Shown here: positions 1-12,200 of the stretch, in pieces
Layout: each line of letters starts with the position of its first letter
Position numbering within the stretch: the stretch's first letter is position 1
From: Camelus ferus
Taxonomy: Eukaryota
NCBI RefSeq assembly: GCF_009834535.1
Contig: NC_045704.1
Coordinates: forward strand, 9,176,001-9,240,000
Direction: 5' to 3'
DNA: 64,000 bases
The notes under the pieces: model-generated
What the model saw: the letters and a program-made list of their open reading frames with translations, nothing else
What the model was told of the DNA's origin: nothing
Database searches by the model: none
Program-made: the position numbers and the translations under genes

Positions 1-2229
1 AGCATCTCACAGACCCTGACTAGACCTTGTGCAGCTCCAGGAGCAAAGGTTTAGTATGTACTTCCCCTCTGGAACTCCCCCATTGCCTCTGCGGGCAGCC
101 TCCTCCTCAGCTTCCTGGAATCCTGTGTGTCCTGACCTCCCAAGCTGGCGAGGCATCTCCTGAACACCACTAGTCCACCAGGTCCAGGGGCGTCCTTCTA
201 ACACCCTCCTCCCATGGACCTCCACCATGGCTCTGCCTGCAGTCAAAACCCCTTGGCCTGGCACTCAAGGCCTCTCCCCATCTGCCCCAAACACCTTTCC
301 CCATCACCCGCCCTTCACCCACCCTGACTGGCCCCACGGTGAACCGTTCTGACCTCTCACTCCACACTTCGAACTTGGCAACACTGTGCCTCTGCTCACG
401 CTGCCTGGGATTCCGGCCCCAGCCTCCCCAGCTGTCAGATCAGCACCTGGGTCCCCAGTCAGAATCAGCGCCTGGTCCCCAATCCAGAATCTTCTGCAAC
501 ATGTGACTCACTCATGTGCCCCCCACTTCAGTTCGTGCTGCCTGTTAATATCCAGGGCCTCGCTTATCCTCTCAACAATCCAGTGAGGCAGCGACCAGGA
601 GCACTGAGCCCCTGAGGGCAAGGGCAAGAGGAGGCTGGTCCGGCCTCCAGCCCGAGTGCAGAGGCAGTACTCAAACTGGTGCCCCTGCTCCGGCACCCTC
701 ACTTCCCATGGCTGCCCAAACCCTCCTCAGCCCAAAGTTTGAGCCCTGCCTCCTTCTGGAATTTTCCTGGACTACCCTCTTGTCAGCGGCCATCCTCCAT
801 CCCAAGCTAGCTTGTATCCCCAGGAAACAAGCCCTCCCCCTCCTTGGAGAATAAAGCCATTGCCAAGTCTGTGCCTTGGGCTCAATTTGGGTCCAAGTAA
901 CCCACTCACCAGGCTTTCTGGCCTGCTGTCTGTACCCGGCCGTGGGTACCCCCAACCCTCCCTCCAGGCCTTCTCAGTCTCACACCCCAAGTCCCTCACC
1001 TCACCTCACCTCAAGCCCTCACTACTCCCTTGAGCAGGACTCTAACTATCTATGTCTCCTGCAAATCCCCCTCCCTTGAGCCCCCAGCCCGGCCATCAGA
1101 CCCAGGTACAGCCAATACCAGTCAGAAAAGGGCTGCAGGGATGAGTTCTGGGATGGCTCCAACCTCCAAAGCAGACGGAAGTGCCCCTAGGGGAGCACTC
1201 CAGCCAGAGACTCACACCCGCCAAAGGAAGGTTCCTACCTCACTTGGGTCCCCCGCAATTAAAGAAGAATCAAAACTAACAAACATTTATTTGAGCCTGT
1301 CTTAGCAGTCATCGTGAGTTGCTACAAATAAGTGAGGGGGCAATATCTGCTACCTACGTTCAGCACCTGATGTTTGTAGCTCACTGTTCCATCCCATTTT
1401 ACAGATTGGGAAACTGGGGGTCCAGAATGGGGTGGTGATGGACCCCAGACTACAGAGAGGCTGTGGCAGAGTCAGGGATCCAACAAGAGACTCCAGCTTC
1501 TCACCTCTGGTGAGGATGGCTGGAGACCACAAGCCATTCCATATTTCAGGATGAGAAAACCCAGGCCCAGAGAGGCAGCCCCTTGCCTCTGGACACATAG
1601 CAAGTAAGCAGCAGCAAGGCCAAACCCCGACCTCTACCTTCTGTACCAGAAACGAGAGATTCCACAGAGCCCCTGGGGTCTCTCCACCGCCCAGGAAATT
1701 CTTTCCAACCTAGTGGTCCTGGACGTGCCGCGCCATCTACCCTGCATCCTACAAAGCCAGAACAGAGCAGGCAGATGTGAGACCGACCAAACCGGGGCTG
1801 CTGTATGAGGGATACCTCGCTGCAGCGCTTGGAGGTCTCCCCCACAGACGTAGGGCCGGAGCTCTGAGTGGGGTGATGCTGTCGCTCCTCCGGTGAGGGC
1901 AGCTCTTGAAGACCTGGAAACACGGAGGACAACCGAAGTCCTTGGGGGCTAGGACTCCGCCGGGGACCTCCTCCGTGTGCACATACAGGGAACACCATTG
2001 CCGTCAGTGAGCAGATGACGGCCCTTTGGAGGAGGGGACAGGCCGCGAGTTGGGGCGGGGACGTGGAAAAAGCGGGAGCCGGTTAAGAGGCGGGGGACCC
2101 ATCCTAGGAAGGGAGGAGCCCATGGCCTCTAGAGAGATTCGGGAACAAGGTATACTTTGGGAGCCTGAGGGAAGGGCAGACGGGCGATTAGATGAAGTTC
2201 TTTCCACAGAATTCACCAGCCTCAAAGCC

Positions 2230-2600
2230 TCTCCATCCCGCGTCCCGAGCCACCCGGCGGACGCCCCGCTCGGGGCCTCTCCAGCCGCCCGGAGACGCCT
2301 CCGCGGCGCCGGCCCATGTTGCCTCGGCAGCGCCCGGGGCTCAGCGCCTACCTCCTGGCGCCGGTTCGCGGTGCGGGGGCCTCTCGGGGCCGAGCGCTGC
2401 GGGAACCGGCTCTAGGGGCGGCCGCAGCGTCCAGCGCGAGGTGGAGATGGACTCCGAGACCCTGAAGCCCGGCTTCCGCCGCCCTCGCGGCCGGACGGGG
2501 GGGGGGGGGGTGTCCCTCGAAATCCGCCCCGGCGGGAAACAAACACCTCCGAACAAGGGTTCCGCGTGTCTGCGCGCCTCACTTCTCTGCAACCGGGCGG
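2230..2600 (-). promoter_or_regulatory. CpG island; probable upstream promoter/first exon of the ZNF580/ZNF581 unit, whose coding exons lie outside the window
   Basis: CpG-dense stretch. Minus-strand donor-like GAG|GTAGGC (plus strand cctacctc, 2347-2354). Assignment to ZNF580/581 is a synteny inference; no ZNF580 CDS is seen in the window. Confidence 0.5.
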
Positions 2601-3985
2601 TGGAGGGACGGGGGTGTAATATAAAGCCACTATTTGACGACGTGATAGATGCACAGGGATGGGAGACAAAAGGGTTGGATTTTTATCCGAAAAGTCGTGA
2701 CTTTAAAAAAGTCACTTTATCCTTCTGGGCTGGAGAAGGAACCAATGGTTCCACAATAGGAAAGACTTCCTTCAACAGGAAAGAAAATATAGTGTCTATC
2801 TACAAATAGGAACGGAAACTAGAAAGGGCTAGTGACTTGTCTGTTGCTACACAGCAAATGGCCAGAATTTTTCAGCCTCTGGGACTGCTGAGGAAACCCC
2901 AGCCTTGTGACTTACCGTGTTACCTAGCAAGAAAACAGAGTCAAGTATCATTCTCCGTGTAGGTGGTAAAACCAAGAACAGAGAGGGGTAGTCACTGGCC
3001 CTGGGTCACACAGCTAGTCAGAGCTGGCTAGTATGATGCCAGCCCCTCCACAGGGCTGCAGTGGTGGAGGGAAGTGAAATCCGGGTCTGGTATACATCTG
3101 AACTCCTGGAGCACTTGAATGTCTTCTCGCAGGGGCCACACACTTAGGGCCGGAGTTCCGAGTGCAAGACACGATGCTGCCAGAGGGAGTGCAGGTTTTT
3201 ACAGGTTTGTAAGCACAAAGGGAGGAAGCCCAGTGGAAGCTGGCCCACCCGTCTGCACAGTCCTGAACTGCTTCCTCCAACCACAGAAGGATGTGTGCAG
3301 AGCACCCCCACGGTAATCAACAAGTGACTACTTGAGTTTGGGGGGCACAGTTGAAGACAAAATCGGTGACCAACTCATCCTGGTTTGAGATGCATTCCAG
3401 ACTTTCCCAGTTTTAAAACTGAGAGTTAGAAGCAAAAAAGAACAAGACAAGCTGATAGATGTCTTAGCAGATTTGCCAAATCACTACCATCTGGCTGCTA
3501 ACAGGGAGGAGAGAATCCATTCCTAGTTTACAAAGGGGCTATTGAGGCCACGCTGTGCAGTTAAAACCCAGGGTCCCTGCCTCCTGAGTGAGGCTAAAGG
3601 TAGGAGAATCCACCCACAATGAGAATTAAGTCATAGTCATCTTTGAATCCAGAGGAGCAGCTAAAGGAAGGGAAAACTACATTGACTGAAGGTGCAAAGA
3701 CATAAGCTAGGGTTTGAGGTGACCAGAGGACCTGTCTGCATCCCCCATTCTTTGCTTACATATGTCACCCAACAACCCCCAACACACACACACTCTCCTT
3801 AAACCCCTCCACCCCAGCCTCATCTCTCCAAGGGACTGGGGGGCTTTTCTTGGTCCTCTATGTGCCCAAACCCTAGACTTTCTAATTTTACCACTTCTCC
3901 ATGCTCCCTGAATTTGCACAGGCCTCTTGCATCTATCAACCAATCCCTAAGATGTGCGCTGAGGGTCGGCTTACAGGCCCCTAGA

Positions 3986-3988
<3 letters not shown>

Positions 3989-4018
<30 letters not shown>
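3989..4018. repeat. (TG)15 microsatellite
   Basis: Read directly. Confidence 0.97.
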
Positions 4019-4020
<2 letters not shown>

Positions 4021-4899
4021 GGGGTGGGGGGTTCCTTTCCTTGCATCTCCATTCCTCTTCATCAGAGTAACCCTCCTCTGTTCTCAGACGTCCCCATACT
4101 CCTCAAGTCCTCAAGTTTTTTTTCCTCCCCAACTCCAAGACCTCTTCCTTTCATGCTTGTCCTGCGACACCAATTAAGCGTTCCCATCTCCCCGGAAGTC
4201 TCTCATCTCTGAGAGTCTGCATTCAACCTATTCCACGACCTCCCCACCATCCCTTTCCAAAGCCGCCTCCCAGGAGTCTGATCCCCAGGACACAGGAGGC
4301 GAAGAGACTAGACTTTCTTGGAGCCCTAAGGGGGCCATGGCACTGCGGCCAGCAAGGAGGGGGACCAGGTCCATGTGAAAGCATTCTGGCTGGAAGCACA
4401 CGCCCTCAAAGGAAGGTGTCAACAGCCTTTTGTTTTGCTGATCTGTATCACAGTCATTAGGTCACCAAACATTTGTTAAGTGTCTCCTATATGCCAGCTT
4501 CTGGGGACAAAAGCATGAGCCAACCAAACAGAGGTAGTCCCTGACTTCCTCTACCTTAGAAGCAACAAACGTTAAATGCATTGGACAGCTACTGCATCCA
4601 AGAACTCTCCTGAGCCTCCTGAGGGCGACAGAGACCAAAATATTGACATGCCTCCCCGCTTCTCGACACCTGGGAGGAGCAGGTTAGGGACAATCAGGAG
4701 AAATTCAACCACGGACAAAGTCCTTCACTAAAGAATCTTATATAGGCTGAGAGGAGAACTTCCTACAAGGTGTCACAAATTCAGCCTTAGTCCTTCCTAG
4801 ATGAGGAAACAGGCTCGGAGTGGTTAAGGGAGACGTTGATGATCCCACAGCAAGTGGGTGCCAGAGCCAGGACTACAGCCTGCGTCGGGGAGGTCTTTA

Positions 4900-5095
4900 C
4901 ACTTTCTTATCCCAATATTTCCATTTTGCGGAAGTTGTTCTATGGCCCCTGAGAGCTACAGGGATGAAGCTAGTCAGGTGGAACACAATTCAAGTGCTCC
5001 CTGAATCTGTCTCCCAGGCTACAGTCCTCAGTTTGGCTTGAATAAAACTCTCTTCTATTCCTATTACAGGTTGTGTATTGATTGTTTGCATCGAC
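4900..5095 (+). mobile_element. ERV LTR 3' remnant; 5' boundary uncertain, may extend to about 4600
   Basis: ctacagtcctcagtttggcttgAATAAAactctcttctattcctatt...tcgac resembles R/U5 ends of cetartiodactyl ERV LTRs (recall). Confidence 0.5.
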
Positions 5096-5830
5096 GGTTG
5101 CATTGATTAAAGTACAGAAGTCTTAAAGTTACAGGCGATGAATTTTTGCACTTGTACACAGCCGTGTAACCAGCACCCCAGAAGTCTCCCTATCAGCCCC
5201 CACCGAGAGTGATCACTATTCTGATTTCTATTCTCAAGGATTACTTTGGCCTGTTTCTAAGCCTCATTTAAACATAATCATACCGTGGGCACCCTTCTGA
5301 GACTGAATTCTTCCTCCCCACATTTTACATCTGTGAGATCATCCACACTGTTGTGTATTGATAGGTTTTTTTTCACATTGTTGTGTGTTCTATTGAATAA
5401 CTATCCCACAGTTTGTTTCTTCCTTCCTTCCAACTGTTGACAGACATATTTTGAGTTCTAGTCTATTATGAGTAAAACTACAAGGAATATTCTTGCACAT
5501 GTGTTTGATGGACTCATTTCTTATGAGTGTTTATCTGGTAATGAAAGCACTGGGTCCCAGCTTGTATGTCTGCTTAGCTTTGGCAGGTATTAACAGTTTT
5601 CTAAGGGACTGTACCCATTTACATTCCTGTCAGCAATGTCAGCTGCAGTTGCTGCACATGCTTCCCAAAACATGATACTGAAAGTCCTTTTACTTGCAGC
5701 CATGCTAGTGGGTGTGAACTGGAATCTCATTTCACATCTCCCTAACCCCTCATGATGTCGAATCCTTTGCCTGTGTTTACTGGCCACCTTAATATCTTCT
5801 TTTGTGAAATATCTATTGAAAGATTTCCCT
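5096..5830 (-). mobile_element. Old L1 (L1M-type) 3' fragment
   Basis: Typical antisense L1M text: atccacactgttgtgtattgatag, gtttctaagggactgtacccatttacattcctgtcagcaatg, cttttgtgaaatatctattg. Confidence 0.8.
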
Positions 5831-5937
5831 CATTTTTAAGCTGAGGGAAGCTCTCATTGTCAATGGCCACGCAGGAAGCTGGGCAGGTTGAGGAAGCTGA
5901 GATCTAGGAGCACTCAGTGACTTGTTCATGGTACACT

Positions 5938-6304
5938 GCTGTCCCGGTCTGCTCAGGCTGCTGCAACAGTATCACAGATTAGGCAGCTTATAGACAACAG
6001 AGACTTATTCCTCACTGTTCTAGAGGCTGGAAGTCCAAGGTCAAGGTGTGGCAGATGCTGTGTCTGGTGAGTCTTGCTTCCTGACTCACAGATGGCTGTG
6101 TTCTGATGATAATGCCACATGGAGGAAGGGGTGAGGTAGTCCTGTGGCGTCTCTTTATAAGGGCACCAATCCCATTCATGAGTGCTCCACCTTCATGCAC
6201 GAATCATCTCCCAAAGATCCCCACCTCTTAATACCATCACATCAGGGGCTAGCTTTCAACATATGAATCTGGGGGTCGGGGGGACACAAACATTCAGTCT
6301 ATGG
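5938..6304 (-). mobile_element. MaLR LTR (MLT1A/B-like)
   Basis: Reverse complement begins atagactgaatgtttgtgtccc; internal tctagaggctggaagtccaaggtcaaggtg motif. Confidence 0.85.
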
Positions 6305-6432
6305 AAAGAGCAAAGCAGAGACAGTTACACAATCTCCATCCTAGCACCTGACTTTCTAACAGTGAACATGGTCAGATACTTCCCTACCAAAGTGTCCCCC
6401 AATTTAATGTACTTACCAAGAATCCAAAGGAA

Positions 6433-6568
6433 GGGGAAGATAGCTCGGCGGTAGAGCACATGCTTAGCTTTCACAAGGTCGTGGGTTCGATCTCCAGTGC
6501 CTCCATTAAATAAAAAAATAAAAATAATAAAATAAACCTAATTACTCCCCCTTCCATAAAAAAAAAAA
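6433..6568 (+). mobile_element. tRNA-Ala-derived SINE (Vic-1-like)
   Basis: Box A tagctcggcggtag, box B gggttcgatctcc, family tail aataaacctaattactcccc, then poly-A. Confidence 0.9.
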
Positions 6569-6819
6569 GGAATCAGAGAAGCAGGCATGATATAAAGGGT
6601 GAGAAAAGAAAGCTCGATGGATGAAGCGGGGGCTTCCAGACCTCGCATGTACTAAAGCCTTGAGTCCAAGCAGGAGATGCTGCAGGACCTGACGGAAACG
6701 GCTGTATAGCGAACCCAAAGACACTAGACTTTAATGAGGATGTGGGGAAATTGGACCTGACACCCCCAATTTCAAAACCCCCATCCCTCGACCCAAGAGC
6801 CTTTTCTGTTAGGTCTTCA

Positions 6820-7300
6820 GTTCCCGCCTTCGGAGGCCACTTCCCCTCCCCAACCTCCCTTCGTTTTCCCCGCCCACCATGGCCCTTCTAGCCCACGCCA
6901 CACTCTGTGGTTCCCCCTCCCACCCCTGTACCCACGCGCTTCCTCTCGTTTCCCTCCCACCCTGGCCCCTCTATCCGCCGCCAACTCCTCTATGGTACGC
7001 CCTCGTCAATCGTTCTCAACTTACCAGCTCCTTCTCTAAACGCCTCAGTCTTGGCCATCAGCCTCCCGCGCCCAATGAGATCCGTTCTCCGAGCGGCCTC
7101 TCTGGCTAGGCCGAGCGCAAACGGCGGCCCCTGGGGAAGTGCTTTTACAGAAAGCCCGGGAAAGGAGGGACCCTGGGTAGCAGCTGCGCGTTTAGGTCCT
7201 TTGCGAAAATATTTCCGACTGGAAACACGCGGCACAGAGAGGAAGGATCCGCTCTGCGTTTGGGCCCTCTCTGATAACGTGGGATCCCAAAAGGATCACT
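6820..7300. promoter_or_regulatory. Orphan CpG-containing promoter-like segment
   Basis: Elevated CpG, GC boxes (ccccgccc), CCAAT near 7072, ttcccgcc E2F-like site near 6822. No gene assigned. Confidence 0.4.
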
Positions 7301-7679
7301 CTGTAGGAGTTTCCTGTCTTTCGTTCCATTTTTATTCTGACAGCATCAGAGACAGACAAGGAAATTGGGAGATGCCCACCTCATATCATAGACCAGGGAA
7401 AATGAGGCCAAGAATGGGGAAGGAACACGCTCAAAACGAGTCAACCAGGAACCAAATGGCACTCCAGCCAGGGTCCCCTGATTCCCAGTTCCCGGAACTT
7501 AAGTGTTTTTCTGTTTTAAAATAGGTGAAGGTAGATAGTAACAGAAGAGCTCCTAAAAGAGGCGTGCAGGGCCTTCACAGTCAGGTTCCAGTCCGATTCC
7601 CAGCCCTATCTACAAGGATTCTCCTTCACACGAAGCAAAACAGATCTAATTCTTTCCTTTAAAAGTAGTTAAGCAAAAC

Positions 7680-8110
7680 TGCAGAGGTGGATTTACCACG
7701 AAACTAATGACGCTTAAGAGCCTCCGCGCTTGCACAAGCCCTTCCCAGAGTGTCCACAATTCAAAGAGTGCTTCAGATAGTCACTGCTCAAAAACAACAA
7801 CTCGCAATGCCTTGTAACTTTAAATTCATAGGTGAAAGAAACTTGATCCGAATTTTCCCAAACTTGACAACAATACTGAAAAAATTGTAAACCTGAAATG
7901 AAACTTTAAGTTAATAGTAAAAAAGTTTTGATCACGTGATAGGAGAGATTAGGTAATCTTTCTATTCTCTCTATAGAAAATGATATTACAAAGTTGTTAT
8001 CATATAAAAAGCCAATCAAAGAAAATAGAGTTCAAGTATTATAGGGCGGAGTCAGGTAGTCAACCAATTAAAATACTGTACCATACATGCTTTTAAATTT
8101 GGGGGTCGTG
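7680..8110 (+). mobile_element. hAT (Tip100-like) DNA transposon fossil with transposase C-terminal remnants
   Basis: 7852-7887 reads IFPNLTTILKKL and 7943-8026 reads ERLGNLSILSIENDITKLLSYKKPIKEN, matching hAT dimerisation-domain motifs. Frames are broken. Confidence 0.7.
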
Positions 8111-8254
8111 CATGGTAATTGTCATCTTCTAATTCTGTAATTGGTTGGAATTTATTTTCTATGCTAAATAAACGTTCCCTTGTATACCTTTTTTTTTTTT
8201 GTATTTTAAATTTTGTATTCTTTTTATGAGTTGTACAAACTTCGCAACCCCACA

Positions 8255-8905
8255 TAAGAAGTTGCACAATATCACTAATTATTAGAGAAATGTGAATCAA
8301 AACTACAATAAGATATCACTACACATCTGTCAGAATGTCTATCACCAAAAAAAATCTACATATAACAAATGGTGAGGATGGTAATCATGGTGGAGAAAAG
8401 AGAATCCTCCTACATTGTTGGTGGGAATATAAATTGGTGCAGCCACTATGGAAAACAGGATGGAGGTTCCTCAAAAAACTAAAAATAGAACTACCATATA
8501 GTCCAGCAGTTGCACTCCTGGATATATATCCAGAAAAAACAAAACTCTAATTCAAAAAGATACATGCACCCCATTGCTTATGGCAGCACTATTTACAATA
8601 GTCAAGATAGGAGGCAACCCAAGTGTCCATCAATAGACAAAAAGATAACAAAGATGTACATACTACATACATACATTAGAATACTACTCAGCCATTAAAG
8701 AAATGAAATTCTGCCATTTTCAGAAACATGGATGGACATAGAGAATATGATGCTTAGTGAAATAAGTCAGAGAAAGACAAACACTGTATGATATCACTTA
8801 TATGTGGAATCTAAAAAATAAAATGAACGTATGTAGCAAAACAGAAACAGACTCAGTGATACAGAAAACACACTCATGGTGATCAGTGCGGAGAGGGCAG
8901 GGAGG
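8255..8905 (+). mobile_element. L1 ORF2 3' end and 3' UTR fragment
   Basis: Degenerate ORF2 C-terminus ([27 protein letters not shown]) followed by L1 3' UTR text. Confidence 0.92.
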
Positions 8906-9185
8906 AGGGACTTCTTTCACTTAACATGTATTTTCAAGGTTCATCTGTATTGAAGAATGTATCAATACTCCATTCATTTTTATGGCCAAATAATATTCCG
9001 TTGTATGGAACTATACTACATTTTCTATATCCCTTCATCAATCGATGACATTTTGGTCTGTTTCCACTATTTGGCTATTATGAACAATACTGCTAAAAGC
9101 ATCGGTTTACAAGGTTTTGTGTGGACATCTATCTCTTGGACACATATCTAGGGGTGGAATTGCTGGGTCATATGGGAATGCTGTC
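8906..9185 (-). mobile_element. L1M fragment, antisense
   Basis: cttctttcacttaacatg...ccattcatttttatggccaaataatattcc...gaattgctgggtcatatggg. Confidence 0.85.
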
Positions 9186-9757
9186 TTCTGATTCCAAGTG
9201 CAGGACCCTTACTGCCATTTTCTAGTGGTTCCATCTAGCCAGAATTCTAGCCTCAGATCATGTGATGGACAGTCAGTGGAGTGCCAGCCCCTGAGGGAAA
9301 CAGACAAGAAGGGAAAAGGCCAGGAGTTCAATCTGTTGAGCACCAGTTAGTTCCAGGAATTATGCTAGACCCACAGTGCTCTCAAGCTGGGCGTGCTCAC
9401 TACAGCCTCACCAATTAGCGCCATGGTGCCTGGTGTGCTGACGATAGCTGGACACTGAGAAAGGACAGCCAGACACTCAGAAGCTGCAGAGCAGGTGGAC
9501 AGATGGCTCTGGATCTGGGTTCATCTGATTTGACAGCTTAGTGTCATTCCATTGAACTGTGCCCTCCTCTTCAAATATTTAATATTTCAATATTAATATT
9601 CTCAAAAATCTCAATCTTCTATCTCCATTAATTCATTGATTCACTTATTCATTTGTTCAGTCATTCACCAACCATTCAGTGAGTGAGGCATCTACATGCC
9701 TCCTCTCTGTGGGTGTAGAGATGGAATTGATGCTTCTCTCAAAAAAGGGGGAGACAA

Positions 9758-9920
9758 GGGAAGGGTGTAGCTCATTGGTAGAGTACGTACCTAGCGTGCC
9801 CGAGGTCCTGGGTTCAATCCCCAGTACTTCCATTAAAGAAATAAATAAATAAACCTGATTACCTACCACTCCCAAGAATGAATAAATAAATAAATAAATA
9901 ATAAAAATTAAAATAATTAA
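9758..9920 (+). mobile_element. tRNA-Ala-derived SINE (Vic-1-like)
   Basis: gggtgtagctcattggtagag...gggttcaatccccagtacttcca plus (TAAA)n tail. Confidence 0.9.
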
Positions 9921-10228
9921 TTTTAGAAGGGGGGACAGAGGATAAGCTCTGTGTGCTGGACTCCATGCTGTGAGGGTTTTGTCTCATTTAATAAAAGGAG
10001 TCTCAGTAGAACACCATTTCATACAAATCAGACTGGCAAAATTTAAAGTCTGACAAATATTCTGAAGGCTGTCTAGTGACAGGAGAGCCCATCCATTGGT
10101 GGTGGGAGTGTAAATCAGTAGCAATTACAGCTAATGCACAGTGCTACTTCGTGTCATAAAACACTTCACAGATAATGACTCACTAACCCTCACAGCACCT
10201 AACATGAAGCTGAGTTAAGTAAGTACAA

Positions 10229-10385
10229 TTTTTTTAACTAATTAACTTATTTACTTATTTTAACTTGAGGGGAGGTAATTAGGCTAACTTACTTGTTTGT
10301 TTTCAGGGGAGGCACTGGGGATTGAACCCAGGACCTTGTGTACGCTAAGCATGAGCTCTACCTCTTGAGCTATGCCCTCCCTCCC
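10229..10385 (-). mobile_element. tRNA-Ala-derived SINE (Vic-1-like)
   Basis: ggggattgaacccaggaccttgtgtacgctaagcatgagctctacctcttgagcta; flanked by taagtac direct repeats. Confidence 0.9.
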
Positions 10386-10534
10386 ACAGATAAGTACTAG
10401 TATAATTTTTGTTTTGTAAATGAGGAAACAGACAGAGAAGGCTAACTTTCTATTAGACACAGCAAGCACAGAGTGTGCCTGAGGCCACTTTTAAGGGGAC
10501 AATGAAAAAAATTTTTAATTTTGAAATCAGAAAA

Positions 10535-10613
10535 AAGAGATCTTATGTACAGCATAGGGAACTGTATTCAATACCTTATAATAGCCTATAATGAAAAAGA
10601 ATATGAAAAGCAA

Positions 10614-10661
<48 letters not shown>

Positions 10662-10735
10662 CACGTAACTGAATCACTTTGCTGTACACCAGAAATTAAC
10701 ACATTGTAAACCAACTATATTTCAATAAAAAAGAA
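10535..10735 (+). mobile_element. Cetartiodactyl-type L1 3' terminus with internal (TG)n(TA)n
   Basis: gtacagcatagggaactgtattcaatacc...aactgaatcactttgctgtacaccagaaattaac...ttcaataaaa. Confidence 0.85.
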
Positions 10736-10812
10736 GAAAATAATGTAATCCAGCTGGCTCTGTTTGTCTTTATACCAACACAGTCATAAAGTACAATTTT
10801 AAAGATACTTTT

Positions 10813-10973
10813 TGGGGGGTTTTTGTTTCTTTTTAAATAATTTCATGGTTTTTAAATTAATTTGGGGGGGTGGTAATTCGGTTTTTATTTATTTTTTTAA
10901 TGGAGGTACCAGGGATTGAATCCAGCACACTGTGCATACCAGGCATATGTCCACCACTGAGCTATACTCTCCC
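10813..10973 (-). mobile_element. tRNA-Ala-derived SINE (Vic-1-like)
   Basis: tggaggtaccagggattgaatccag...ccaccactgagctatactctccc. Confidence 0.88.
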
Positions 10974-11189
10974 TGCTAAATATACCTTTTGGAACGAAAG
11001 GACCGACAAAGGCACAAACTGGCCACGGCCCATGAAAGCACTGGAGACAGCGAGCGGTAAAGAACTTACCCAAGAGTTACAGCCAGTAGATGGCGGTACT
11101 AGTAAGAAGAGCAGTTGGGCGATATTTACCAAACTGAAGAAGAAGGTTGGGGGTGCTTATGTCCTTTGATCCAGCAACTCAACTCTCAG

Positions 11190-11830
11190 TTGTATAACTT
11201 AGAGAAAACTCCCATGCAGCTTTGAGGAGATGTAAAGAAGATTGTTCGTGGTAGTATCGTTTGAAATAATTTAAAAAAAAATTAGTTACAAGTGAGGTAT
11301 CACCTCACATCAGTCAGAATGGCTGTCATCAGAGAGTCTACAAATAATAAATGCTGGAGAGGGTATGTACACCTGAAACTAACACAGTATTTAAACAACT
11401 ATACGTCAATAAAATGGAAAAATACTTGGAACCAACCCAATGGCCATCAACAGGAGAATAAATAAATGTAATGTGGCATCATCATAATTGGGATATCACA
11501 CCAGCATTGACAATGAGTGACAAGACTACAGGTATCAATGTTTACAAATAGAAATATGAATGCCAAGGGGGTTAGAGAAGGCTACACTGAAATGATATAA
11601 CTTATTGTAAACATGTTAACAAAAGCAGAACAGTATCACATCACTTCATACGCGTAAAAAATAAGAAAGATATGTGTGGGGATGATAAACAGAAAATGCG
11701 AAATCTAACAACGTCAGGGGAGAGAGAGGGGCGAATGGATAGGGAAACACAGAGGGCTTAGGTTGCATAGGTAAGGTTGTATAGACTGTTAGTGAGCAGA
11801 GGGAGCTGTTTATATGATTCTGAATACTTT
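11190..11830 (+). mobile_element. Degenerate L1 fragments
   Basis: aaaaatacttggaaccaacccaatggccatcaacaggagaat; younger patch gaggtatcacctcacatcagtcagaatggctgtcatc. Confidence 0.7.
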
Positions 11831-11874
11831 TTGTACACAGAAATGGTGTATAATAAAATTAATGAAAGACACTC

Positions 11875-12200
11875 TATGCTTATCAGTCAAGATAGAATAG
11901 GTTCTGCTGCAGTAACAAACAACCCCAAAGTTCAGTGGCTTAACACAGGAAACATTTAGTTTAAATGCTATATATGCAAGGAAGATCAGCACCAAGTTCT
12001 GTTCATTGTAGATACTCTGGAACTCAGGCTGATAGAAGCTTCACTTCACCCAACAGATTCCCTAGCGTGAACAGCAGGAATGGAAAGTGGTAAACAGTTT
12101 GCTGGCTCTTACAACGTGCTGAAGTTGACACACGTCGCTTCCACTTATATTTCACTGGCAAAGAAACTCCCATGGTCTAACTGCAGAGGAAAGACATGTT
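11875..12200 (-). mobile_element. Ancient MaLR LTR (MLT1J/K/L-like)
   Basis: tcagtcaagatagaataggttctgctgcagtaacaaacaaccccaaagttcagtggcttaacaca terminus. Confidence 0.65.

Noticed and set aside
1-2200. ZNF580/ZNF581 coding sequence expected from synteny
   Set aside because: No C2H2 ORF in any frame here; the coding exons must lie beyond the left edge.
2192-2809. 205-aa ORF over the CpG island
   Set aside because: Stop-poor because of GC content and the G14 run; no homology recognised.
6907-7524. 205-aa ORF in the promoter-like segment
   Set aside because: Non-ATG start in the sequence (gtg), no domain or codon signature.
8335-8550. Short ORF with reverse-transcriptase-family C-terminal sequence
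   Set aside because: Dead L1 ORF2 fragment, truncated and frameshifted.
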